Below, piece after piece: positions 50,000 to 62,166 of a stretch of 64,000 nt of DNA. How positions within the stretch are numbered: position 1 is the first letter of the stretch; the number at the start of each line of letters is the position of its first letter. Origin of the DNA: Amphiscolops sp. MND2022 (taxonomy: Eukaryota). Location: the NCBI GenBank assembly GCA_964187785.1, contig OZ076409.1, forward strand, positions 19,158,001 through 19,222,000. Direction: 5' to 3'. Made by a program: the position numbers and the translations under genes. The notes under the pieces were generated by a model. That model saw only the letters and a list, made by a program, of their open reading frames with translations. It was not told the origin of the DNA and did no database searches.

Positions 50000-52045
50000 T
50001 TTAAATTAAACCGTGCTTTTATTTCATTCTCCTCCACTCCCTGAAGCAAGGTTTAGTCGGTAGAAGACAGTTTGGAAATGTTTTCCCCAGCACAAAATCA
50101 CCGTTTGATCATGAAAACAATTGCACCAGTGAAAGAACTTAGTTGCATTTTACATAGTAGATTGTCTCTACAGCTGTTTTGGCACTTCCTGTAAAAAAAA
50201 ATGGCCCCATTTTTTTATTATATAGTCCAAAATAGCAAAATTTCACGCCTGGCGCAAGTCAAAATCGTATAGAAAAGCCCCTGTTTTAAAGCAAAATTTC
50301 TGCGCAACGAAATAAATTAGCAAGTTTTGATTGTGTATCAATGTGAAAGATGAGATTATGTCGGTGTCAATTATTTTATTGGACCAAAATTCCATCGCAA
50401 TATGTTGACATAATAGTATTTGAACCTTGTTTCTTATTCCATAAACAGCGAAAACCACCACCTCTTAGCAAACACCGACACACTCTCTACCTCCTCCCCC
50501 CGGCTAAGAAACAGTCCGACAGTCGACAGTTTTTGTTCGATTAGTCAGTATGTGAAATAGTCTGCAGTGTAGAAGAGACCTTGGGCGAAATAGGCCGTGT
50601 AGCTGTTATAAGGGGGAAAAGGCGGCTATGTAATCTACTTCAGGTGCGCTGTTAGTGGAAGTTATTAATAGGGATAAGAAAGAAGTACCTTTCAGTGTGC
50701 ACTCACTGGGAGACTTGATCCTCAAATTAGTCTTTGTACTGCAACACAGGTAATATCCGGCCACCCCATTGGTGCTGCTCGCTTACCATTGCTGCAAAAA
50801 TTGTTACCATTCATGTACCATTGACTAAGGAAGCAGCCTTCAATTCCCTCTTGGAACCAATAATAACCTTCTCCGTGTCGAGCTGCTACTGCATGACAAT
50901 GAAATGCATTAATAACGTTTATTTCGTTCTAATACCAACCAACCAACCATCACACGAGCACTCGCTGCGCCAACTCCCGGTCAAACAAATACATGCCCGC
51001 TAGGACAACACACAGACGTACTATTATGGCTGAATGTTATGTACATGTTCATTGATGTTTTGCAAAACATTTGCTGAAATGTCCTCTGTTTCAGATGGCG
51101 TCACTCATCGTAATTTAAGAAAAGGTTCTGATTGTTTTCATTTCTTCGCCTGATTGATTTATCGACGTGCTCGGAGAACATTAGTTAGGCGGCTTGTGTC
51201 TCTTATTACAAGGTCGTCTGTTTGTAGAAAAAAGACAAATTTCTCTCAATTTAGAATTTCGTTATCAGATGGTATGATGTTCGAATGCTGCAGAACAAAT
51301 ACATGTGTAACTAGTAAAAGTGCAACTAGTAAAATCATTTTAAAATTAAAGAAAGCACTGGGCAACTTTTTCCTTGAAACCACCCCAACACCCCCCCCAT
51401 GAAGGTAACAAGCCGAGAACGGCATAAAGTCGGCACCCCGCTTATGGCTCAAAAAGAGCAAAAAACTTCAAAGCGTTAAAGAATCTTTTCTGGAAAAGTC
51501 TCAAATCTCATAGTGTTGAAAAAACCCAAGGGGACCCTTCGAGCATAAGCTCTTTCTTATTCACCCAGGTTTACAGGCCATGGCTTTCCATCCATGATTT
51601 ATGGGTTCGCCCCTTTCCGAGAATCATTTCATGATCATTGCGAGATATCCATGATTCATGGATGAAAAGCCATGGATGATCATGGCTGAAACTGCTTTTT
51701 CTTGCTTCATTCTGTTGATAATAGTCATAGTCAAAATAGTGATGCTCTTGAACGCCACTGGAATATAGGATTGATGTCTGAGGGTTGAATATATCTTCGT
51801 TCAACTTTCCACCAATTTTATATTTCGATATTTTCCCCCGTATTTTTGCAAGGAACTTTCATGTGAACACAATTCGTTCCATTGGAACGCTTCTGATTGG
51901 TGTTTGATGGAATGCACAAGTTGTCACAGACTTGCTAAAACCTTCCATGGATAATTGCACTTGCGATAAGCAAGTGTTATGGAAATATGCTGGTGCTTTT
52001 TTCCCGCGCGACAATTCTCGTTTCAGCCGGCAAGTCACAGTTCAG

Positions 52046-52118
52046 GCGTTCGTAGTCTAGTGGTCAGATTCTTGCTTTCAACCCAGAGGTTTCGTGTTGG
52101 AACCGGTGCCGTATGCGC
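52046..52118 (+). pseudogene. tRNA-Gly-like module in composite repeat (second copy at ~57557-57629)
   Basis: GCGTTCGTAGTCTAGTGG...GTGTTGGAACC, homologous to 29214-29287 including flanks. Confidence 0.5.
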
Positions 52119-53559
52119 TAATTTTTTACAAGCATTCCGAAGCAGAACGTTTCCAATTTTTTTTTCGGCTCTATGAAACTCCCCTTTTCGGCATTGTGAG
52201 ACTTTCTTTCGAAAGTTAGGTTTTCTCAGGCCCAGCACGCTATATCCGAATTTTGTTTTTGCTTTCGTAAAGACCGGCGTTTTCCCTATGCGACATTTTC
52301 TGATTTGTTTCCATCGATGCCCCCCTCAATTTTTACTAGAAATGATATTTTTTGAGATCATAAAGGACTCCTTAGGGTTTTCGGCATTATGCGACTTACC
52401 AGAGACCTTCATCAAAAATTTCCTCAATTTTCTGTGTTTTGAAAGGTTTTCTGTTGAGAAGATGGTTGCAAGAAAATTTTTTGCAACAGAATAGATGGTA
52501 AAAAATCGCAGAGGGTCCCCCCTTTTACAGTTTTCGGCATTATGAGATTTTTCAAAAAGAATATTTTTCATCTTGAAGTTAGGTTTTCTCAGGCCAGCAC
52601 GCTATATCAGAATTTTGTTATTTTAACGACCGGTGTTTTTTCTACGTGACTTTTTTCTAATTTGTTTTCATCGAAGCCCCCGTCAATTTTTACTAGGAAC
52701 GAAACGTTTTGCGAGCATAAAGGAGTCCTTAGGGTTTTCGGTACTATGCGACATGCCGGAAACCTTCTTCAAAAAATTTCTGAAAAATTTTCTTCCTTTT
52801 TTTGAAAGATTTTTGGTCGAGAAAGATGGGTTTTTTGCTGTTTCCAGTTGGGAAAAAATTGTGCAAAATCACTTTGCCTTTAGTTTTTGAAAAGCGTTCG
52901 ACCATTCCCTTTTTCTTCAACCATATGCTTAAACCAAAGGTTACCGCGAAGTTAGAAACATCTCAAAAATTATTCAGACATGAACTTCACAGTCTATTTA
53001 TATGAAATCTGCAGTAAACGTACATAGCATTAAGTTATTGAAATTATCTTCTGAAATGAAATAGCAACTAGGCGTCCACTGAGCACCGGAATATTCGAAG
53101 TTCTAAACTATTCCAGCAATCGCCCAGGGAAATCAGAGTAAATATCATTTTGGCTCTTTCCATCGTAGGTATTCTTTTGAAGCATTCAGATCTCTAACTA
53201 GATTTGCTTCGCAGCTTGATTTTTTGTCTTTGAACTCCATGGTAAGTTCCGTCTTTCGAGTATAATTTAATGTTTGGCTCATAAATTATTTTTAAAATGC
53301 TGAGACACCTATTTTCCATGTCCCGTATATGACATAGGGACAAAAATATTTGTGATAAAAACATTTCTGATAGTGGGTGGCGCGTTGTTGTGCACTTCCG
53401 ATTGATAATCGGGTGACTAGTTGAAGTCACATGAATCATAAAGCCACGGAAGAGTTTACTGCTAATGTAACTCCCGAATGCTAACATGCACTAACCGTCT
53501 GACAATAGTGTTTGACTTTCGAATTTAGTCATAGGCTTACTTATTTTAGTCGTTATTTT

Positions 53560-54662
53560 GAGTCTTATGGGTATCCCTTCGAATATTTTTCGGCACCTTA
53601 AATTTGTGCGCCGATTTGTGCCGTTCCCGGCTTGTTTCCTATTACTATTACTTTTGTTTTTGTAGAACGTCTCAAACTGACAGACCTTATGAATTTTCTT
53701 CGTAGTCTTTAGTCGGCGCTTTTCTTAAGAAAAGTGCCCGACTATTACAGTGGCTAGTTTTTTTCGTCAGACCACAGCTCACCTTGTATGTACCACTTTT
53801 TAGTACAGACATGAATCGGTTTAAGGGGAACCCAGTGGTCGCGATTCGAGTCCCCAAAAATTTTTTCGTGTCTCCAAAGGGTCCTTCAATTTTTTTGATA
53901 TTTTGCATTTTGCAACAAACTGGAGTTTCAAAAGCCCAATTGGTCTCCCCTTTTACATTTTTCGGCACTATGAGACTGTTTCAAACTTCTCATAAAATGG
54001 AGACCCATTTCGAGTCTTTTGGGTATCCCTTCGGATATTTTTTGGCACTTTAAATTTGTGCGCCGATTTGTGCCGTTCCCGGCTTGTTTCCTATTACTAT
54101 TACTTTTGTTTTTGTAGAACGTCTCAAACTGACAGACCTTATGAATTTTCTTCGTAGTCTTTAGTCGGCGCTTTTCTTAAGAAAAGTGCCCGACTATTAC
54201 AGTGGCTAGTTTATTTCGTCAGACCACAGCTCACCTTGTATGTACCACTTTTTAGTACAGACTTGAATCGGTTTAAGGGGAACCCAGTGGTCGCGATTCG
54301 AGTCCCCAAAATTTTTTTCATGTCTCCAAAGGGTCCTTCAATTTTTTTGATATTTTGCATTTTGCAACAAACTGGAGTTTCAAAAGCCCAATTGGTCTCC
54401 CCTTTTACATTTTTCGGCACTATGAGACTGTTTCAAACTTCTCATAAAATGGAGACCCATTTCGAGTCTTTTGGGTATCCCTTCGGATATTTTTGGCACT
54501 TTAAATTTGTGCGCCGATTTGTGCCGTTCCCGGCTTGTTTCCTATTACTATTACTTTTGTTTTTGTAAAACGTCTCAAACTGACAGATCTCATGAATTTT
54601 CTTCGTATTTTTTATCGGCGCTTTTCCTAGATATAGCGCCGACTTTAGACGTTCCCGGTTTG
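53560..54662 (+). mobile_element. Head-to-tail tandem array of HINE-like elements (period 451-452 bp)
   Basis: 3' hairpin ccgttcccgg at 53621, 54073 and 54524; full units ~53708-54089 and ~54160-54540 separated by an identical ~70-bp spacer; ends in a ~55-bp mini-element. Confidence 0.85.
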
Positions 54663-56225
54663 GACCTAGTTTCTATGTATATTTGGTTTTTAGCATGTAT
54701 ATGAAACTTAATATAATTGAGTTTCCGAAAATTAAGAACAGATTGGAGTTGAACAGATTCAAAAAGTCGTTTCGATCGAGCTATTCTAATAGGAAAATAT
54801 TTCCTGAAATAAGAAGTGACATACAAAATCCAGTGAGGTGTGAAGGCGCTAGAGACACCGGAGGCCGAGCTTGTTGGCCAGATGTGAAAATATAAATATT
54901 CAAATGAGATTTTGGTTCTTCATTCGATGTAAGATGCACTGCCAAATGGAAATACGTCCAGAAGACGCATGATTTCATACAGCAGTTCACTTAAACCACT
55001 TGACGTACTCTTCAAAAAACAACAAAACCATTCAAAAAACAAAAGCATTCACGAATATCCTTTTTTGTGCTTTCCTCCAACGTTATGCATTTTGTGCTTA
55101 GTCACTGGAATGAAATGAAAATCCATGTGTCCGTATTCTAAACTATTTTCTCTCAAACGCTGTTAATCGTCAATGTGTGAGCTATGAACATTGTTCTGGC
55201 GCATGTTGTAGTTTACGTGATAGCTTGTTTCTTCCCAAAGTTGGCAATGGCCAATGTTTTTGAGGAAAATGAACTTGCTCCGCGTATAAGTTCACATGTA
55301 GTTTCCCCCACAAAGCTCATTCAATGCCTATTCAGTATTTACTGAATGAAATTCGAGGAGTTTGTCGCCAGTTGGCTCGCTGTTGTTGCTTCCTTTCTGT
55401 CCTGGACTTGTTTTCTTTATTGCCAAATGAAAACAGGATTACTTGAAGGCATGTCCGTATCTCTGTTGCGTCATAACTGTAGCTCTCGTTCCAAAGTCCA
55501 AAAGCAAAGTTATGAATATTTTGGATCATTCGCGGCTGACAGAGGTAAATAACAACCGTTTAATTTGAAAGTAGTTCTCGAATTGAACCCTTTTCGAGAT
55601 TAAGAACAAAATTCGAAAAAATCGTTCGCATGGTTAGAAACAACAATTTCACATTATTTTCCTGATCGTCTACTTTTTTGAGTAGTAAAATGAAGTTTGA
55701 AGGAAAACTTTTATTACTTTTTCCTGATGTTGCTTCCGTTGAAAGTGCTTTAGCGAGAAATTTCGACTATTTCTCTGGATAATTGGATCTGTAGCATCGT
55801 ATATGGAATTTTAATTGGCATTTAAGACCCGATATTTGCGAGAGTCGAGGAAACAAATATAAATCATAACCTCAATGTTATTGAGTCAATGGTCATTTCT
55901 GAGACGACCTTTCAAACCATTTTAGTCGGCGCTTCATGAAGTGAAACGTGACTATACTAGTGGCTTTTTTCCAATCCACGCGAACTGGCCAAAATAGTTC
56001 TTGAAAGTTCTACGATAATTTAAGGTGTCAAATTGGACCATTTGGCCTAAGGAAGTTAACCAAAAGTGTTCCTTTTTTCAGCGTAACATACAATACCGGA
56101 CGAGGCCAAAGGGTCCCCCCTTTCAGTTTTTTCGGCATTGTGAGAGATTTTGTCGAAAATTCGGTCCAACTTTTGGGTTTTCTGGGTACTGTAAAAACAC
56201 CTAACACTTTGAAGTACTTTTGCTA

Positions 56226-56607
56226 TTTTTAGTCGGCGCTTTTCTTGAGAAAAGAGTCGACTATAGTCATGGCTTTTCGTCAGTGTTTTTTCGATACACC
56301 TGAAGTGACCAATATAGTTCTACCAAAAGTTGTACAAAATTTTATGTACGCCAAATTTAGACGCCAAATTGTACACGGCCCAAGGAACTGAATCAAAAAG
56401 GCTGTTCCTTTTTTCCCGCGTAACATACAATACCGGACGAGACTAAGGGGTCTGTCAGTTTCAGTTTTTCGGCATTGTGATACTTTTTTTCAAAAAATTT
56501 TCGGGTGCTGTAGAGAATACTTTGACACTTTGAAGTCCTTTTGCTATTTTTGAGCCTTTGTTGAGCCTTAGATATAGCGCCGACTTATGCCGTTCCCGGC
56601 TTGTTTT
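56226..56607 (+). mobile_element. Complete HINE-like element (copy at 61285-61666)
   Basis: 5' TTTTT-AGTCGGCGC-TTTTCTTGAGAAAAG; 3' GCGCCGACT-TAT-GCCGTTCCCGGC-TTGTTTT. Confidence 0.75.
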
Positions 56608-57131
56608 GAGTCTTTGATGCACTCCACTTTTTAACAACTTCTAATCCTTAATGTTTCTTTATTGTTATTTCGGCGACAGCAGTAATATTATTGCAATCTG
56701 AATTATCGAACTTTTTTTCAGAACAATTTTTGTCGCGATAAGTGCCTACTGAAAAATTTAGATATTTTGTTCGGCAGTGTGTACAAGCGTGGAATTTAAA
56801 TTTCTCAAGCTGCCGACAACAATTCGTTTTTTCGTGCGGTGGAACAAGCGAATGGTAATCATGCTTTCGTACGTCGAGTTATTGAGATGAAGCGAACGAG
56901 TTTTAATTATTCGTTCGTCGAGAGCTTCGTCTGCATTCAAATGCGAGTGCGAAACTTCGTCCACGCTTAGTAGTTATATTTTCTTAAGTCCGAGAAGAAT
57001 TAAAGGCGGTGTAAACTGGTAGTGATTAATTGTGCGCGATATAATTGATCAAGATATGCTTCTATTGTTGAACATGAAAGGTTAAAAGCAGAAATAATAC
57101 TGTGCCATAATAATGAATCAGAAATAATAAT

Positions 57132-60100
57132 GAATCATTTCATGATCATTGCGAGATATCCATGATTCATGGATGAAAAGCCATGGATGATCATGGCTGA
57201 AACTGCTTTTTCTTGCTTCATTCTGTTGATAATAGTCATAGTCAAAATAGTGATGCTCTTGAACGCCACTGGAATATAGGATTGATGTCTGAGGGTTGAA
57301 TATATCTTCGTTCAACTTTCCACCAATTTTATATTTCGATATTTTCCCCCGTATTTTTGCAAGGAACTTTCATGTGAACACAATTCGTTCCATTGGAACG
57401 CTTCTGATTGGTGTTTGATGGAATGCACAAGTTGTCACAGACTTGCTAAAACCTTCCATGGATAATTGCACTTGCGATAAGCAAGTGTTATGGAAATATG
57501 CTGGTGCTTTTTTCCCGCGCGACAATTCTCGTTTCAGCCGGCAAGTCACAGTTCAGGCGTTCGTAGTCTAGTGGTCAGATTCTTGCTTTCAACCCAGAGG
57601 TTTCGTGTTGGAACCGGTGCCGTATGCGCTAATTTTTTACAAGCATTCCGAAGCAGAACGTTTCCAATTTTTTTTCGGCTCTATGAAACTCCCCTTTTCG
57701 GCATTGTGAGACTTTCTTTCGAAAGTTAGGTTTTCTCAGGCCCAGCACGCTATATCCGAATTTTGTTTTTGCTTTCGTAAAGACCGGCGTTTTCCCTATG
57801 CGACATTTTCTGATTTGTTTCCATCGATGCCCCCCTCAATTTTTACTAGAAATGATATTTTTTGAGATCATAAAGGACTCCTTAGGGTTTTCGGCATTAT
57901 GCGACTTACCAGAGACCTTCATCAAAAATTTCCTCAATTTTCTGTGTTTTGAAAGGTTTTCGGTTGAGAAGATGGTTGCAAGAAAATTTTTTGCAACAGA
58001 ATAGATGGTAAAAAATCGCAGAGGGTCCCCCCTTTTACAGTTTTCGGCATTATGAGATTTTTCAAAAAGAATATTTTTCATCTTGAAGTTAGGTTTTCTC
58101 AGGCCAGCACGCTATATCAGAATTTTGTTATTTTAACGACCGGTGTTTTTTCTACGCGACTTTTTTCTAATTTGTTTTCATCGAAGCCCCCGTCAATTTT
58201 TACTAGGAACGAAACGTTTTGCGAGCATAAAGGAGTCCTTAGGGTTTTCGGTACTATGCGACATGCCGGAAACCTTCTTCAAAAAATTTCTGAAAAATTT
58301 TCTTCCTTTTTTTGAAAGATTTTTGGTCGAGAAAGATGGGTTTTTTGCTGTTTCCAGTTGGGAAAAAATTGTGCAAAATCACTTTGCCTTTAGTTTTTTA
58401 AAAGCGTTCGACCATTCCCTTTTTCTTCAACCATATGCTTAAACCAAAGGTTACCGCGAAGTTAGAAACATCTCAAAAATTATTCAGACATGAACTTCAC
58501 AGTCTATTTATATGAAATCTGCAGTAAACGTACATAGCATTAAGTTATTGAAATTATCTTCTGAAATGAAATAGCAACTAGGCGTCCACTGAGCACCGGA
58601 ATATTCGAAGTTCTAAACTATTCCAGCAATCGCCCAGGGAAATCAGAGTAAATATCATTTTGGCTCTTTCCATCGTAGGTATTCTTTTGAAGCATTCAGA
58701 TCTCTAACTAGATTTGCTTCGCAGCTTGATTTTTTGTCTTTGAACTCCATGGTAAGTTCCGTCTTTCGAGTATAATTTAATGTTTGGCTCATAAATTATT
58801 TTTAAAATGCTGAGACACCTATTTTCCATGTCCCGTATATGACATAGGGACAAAAATATTTGTGATAAAAACATTTCTGATAGTGGGTGGCGCGTTGTTG
58901 TGCACTTCCGATTGATAATCGGGTGACTAGTTGAAGTCACATGAATCATAAAGCCACGGAAGAGTTTACTGCTAATGTAACTCCCGAATGCTAACATGCA
59001 CTAACCGTCTGACAATAGTGTTTGACTTTCGAATTTAGTCATAGGCTTACTTATTTTAGTCGTTATTTTGAGTCTTATTGGTATCCCTTCGAATATTTTT
59101 CGGCACCTTAAATTTGTGCGCCGATTTGTGCCGTTCCCGGCTTGTTTCCTATTACTATTACTTTTGTTTTTGTAGAACGTCTCAAACTGACAGACCTTAT
59201 GAATTTTCTTCGTAGTCTTTAGTCGGCGCTTTTCTTAAGAAAAGTGCCCGACTATTACAGTGGCTAGTTTTTTTCGTCAGACCACAGCTCACCTTGTATG
59301 TACCACTTTTTAGTACAGACATGAATCGGTTTAAGGGGAACCCAGTGGTCGCGATTCGAGTCCCCAAAAATTTTTTCGTGTCTCCAAAGGGTCCTTCAAT
59401 TTTTTTGATATTTTGCATTTTGCAACAAACTGGAGTTTCAAAAGCCCAATTGGTCTCCCCTTTTACATTTTTCGGCACTATGAGACTGTTTCAAACTTCT
59501 CATAAAATGGAGACCCATTTCGAGTCTTTTGGGTATCCTTTCGGATATTTTTTGGCACTTTAAATTTGTGCGCCGATTTGTGCCGTTCCCGGCTTGTTTC
59601 CTATTACTATTACTTTTGTTTTTGTAAAACGTCTCAAACTGACAGATCTCATGAATTTTCTTCGTATTTTTTATCGGCGCTTTTCCTAGATATAGCGCCG
59701 ACTTTAGACGTTCCCGGTTTGGACCTAGTTTCTATGTATATTTGGTTTTTAGCATGTATATGAAACTTAATATAATTGAGTTTCCGAAAATTAAGAACAG
59801 ATTGGAGTTGAACAGATTCAAAAAGTCGTTTCGATCGAGCTATTCTAATAGGAAAATATTTCCTGAAATAAGAAGTGACATACAAAATCCAGTGAGGTGT
59901 GAAGGCGCTAGAGACACCGGAGGCCGAGCTTGTTGGCCAGATGTGAAAATATAAATATTCAAATGAGATTTTGGTTCTTCATTCGATGTAAGATGCACTG
60001 CCAAATGGAAATACGTCCAGAAGACGCATGATATCATACAGCAGTTCACTTAAACCACTTGACGTACTCTTCAAAAAACAACAAAACCATTCAAAAAACA

Positions 60101-62166
60101 AAAGCATTCACGAATATCCTTTTTTGTGCTTTCCTCCAACGTCATGCATTTTGTGCTTAGTCACTGGAATGAAATGAAAATCCATGTGTCCGTATTCTAA
60201 ACTATTTTCTCTCAAACGCTGTTAATCGTCAATGTGTGAGCTATGAACATTGTTCTGGCGCATGTTGTAGTTTACGTGATAGCTTGTTTCTTCCCAAAGT
60301 TGGCAATGGCCAATGTTTTTGAGGAAAATGAACTTGCTCCGCGTATAAGTTCACATGTAGTTTCCCCCACAAAGCTCATTCAATGCCTATTCAGTATTTA
60401 CTGAATGAAATTCGAGGAGTTTGTCGCCAGTTGGCTCGCTGTTGTTGCTTCCTTTCTGTCCTGGACTTGTTTTCTTTATTGCCAAATGAAAACAGGATTA
60501 CTTGAAGGCATGTCCGTATCTCTGTTGCGTCATAACTGTAGCTCTCGTTCCAAAGTCCAAAAGCAAAGTTATGAATATTTTGGATCATTCGCGGCTGACA
60601 GAGGTAAATAACAACCGTTTAATTTGAAAGTAGTTCTCGAATTGAACCCTTTTCGAGATTAAGAACAAAATTCGAAAAAATCGTTCGCATGGTTAGAAAC
60701 AACAATTTCACATTATTTTCCTGATCGTCTACTTTTTTGAGTAGTAAAATGAAGTTTGAAGGAAAACTTTTATTACTTTTTCCTGATGTTGCTTCCGTTG
60801 AAAGTGCTTTAGCGAGAAATTTCGACTATTTCTCTGGATAATTGGATCTGTAGCATCGTATATGGAATTTTAATTGGCATTTAAGACCCGATATTTGCGA
60901 GAGTCGAGGAAACAAATATAAATCATAACCTCAATGTTATTGAGTCAATGGTCATTTCTGAGACGACCTTTCAAACCATTTTAGTCGGCGCTTCATGAAG
61001 TGAAACGTGACTATACTAGTGGCTTTTTTCCAATCCACGCGAACTGGCCAAAATAGTTCTTGAAAGTTCTACGATAATTTAAGGTGTCAAATTGGACCAT
61101 TTGGCCTAAGGAAGTTAACCAAAAGTGTTCCTTTTTTCAGCGTAACATACAATACCGGACGAGGCCAAAGGGTCCCCCCTTTCAGTTTTTTCGGCATTGT
61201 GAGAGATTTTGTCGAAAATTCGGTCCAATTTTTGGGTTTTCTGGGTACTGTAAAAACACCTAACACTTTGAAGTACTTTTGCTATTTTTAGTCGGCGCTT
61301 TTCTTGAGAAAAGAGTCGACTATAGTCATGGCTTTTCGTCAGTGTTTTTTCGATACACCTGAAGTGACCAATATAGTTCTACCAAAAGTTGTACAAAATT
61401 TTATGTACGCCAAATTTAGACGCCAAATTGTACACGGCCCAAGGAACTGAATCAAAAAGGCTGTTCCTTTTTTCCCGCGTAACATACAATACCGGACGAG
61501 ACTAAGGGGTCTGTCAGTTTCAGTTTTTCGGCATTGTGATACTTTTTTTCAAAAAATTTTCGGGTGCTGTAGAGAATACTTTGACACTTTGAAGTCCTTT
61601 TGCTATTTTTGAGCCTTTGTTGAGCCTTAGATATAGCGCCGACTTATGCCGTTCCCGGCTTGTTTTGAGTCTTTGATGCACTCCACTTTTTAACAACTTC
61701 TAATCCTTAATGTTTCTTTATTGTTATTTCGGCGACAGCAGTAATATTATTGCAATCTGAATTATCGAACTTTTTTTCAGAACAATTTTTGTCGCGATAA
61801 GTGCCTACTGAAAAATTTAGATATTTTGTTCGGCAGTGTGTACAAGCGTGGAATTTAAATTTCTCAAGCTGCCGACAACAATTCGTTTTTTCGTGCGGTG
61901 GAACAAGCGAATGGTAATCATGCTTTCGTACGTCGAGTTATTGAGATGAAGCGAACGAGTTTTAATTATTCGTTCGTCGAGAGCTTCGTCTGCATTCAAA
62001 TGCGAGTGCGAAACTTCGTCCACGCTTAGTAGTTATATTTTCTTAAGTCCGAGAAGAATTAAAGGCGGTGTAAACTGGTAGTGATTAATTGTGCGCGATA
62101 TAATTGATCAAGATATGCTTCTATTGTTGAACATGAAAGGTTAAAAGCAGAAATAATACTGTGCCA
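57132..62166 (+). repeat. Recent tandem segmental duplication, copy B (5035 bp)
   Basis: Runs gaatcatttc...aataatactgtgcca like copy A; lacks one 451-bp array unit; a handful of SNPs. Confidence 0.97.

Larger units (their letters stand above)
51621..57107 (+). repeat. Recent tandem segmental duplication, copy A (5487 bp)
   Basis: Near-identical to 57132-62166; paired ORFs are offset by 5511/5510 bp before and 5059 bp after the internal array. Confidence 0.97.

Noticed and set aside
51979-62023. Pairs of identical small ORFs suggesting a conserved operon or gene cluster
   Set aside because: Identity is explained by the segmental duplication and the HINE array; most are chance frames in repeats.
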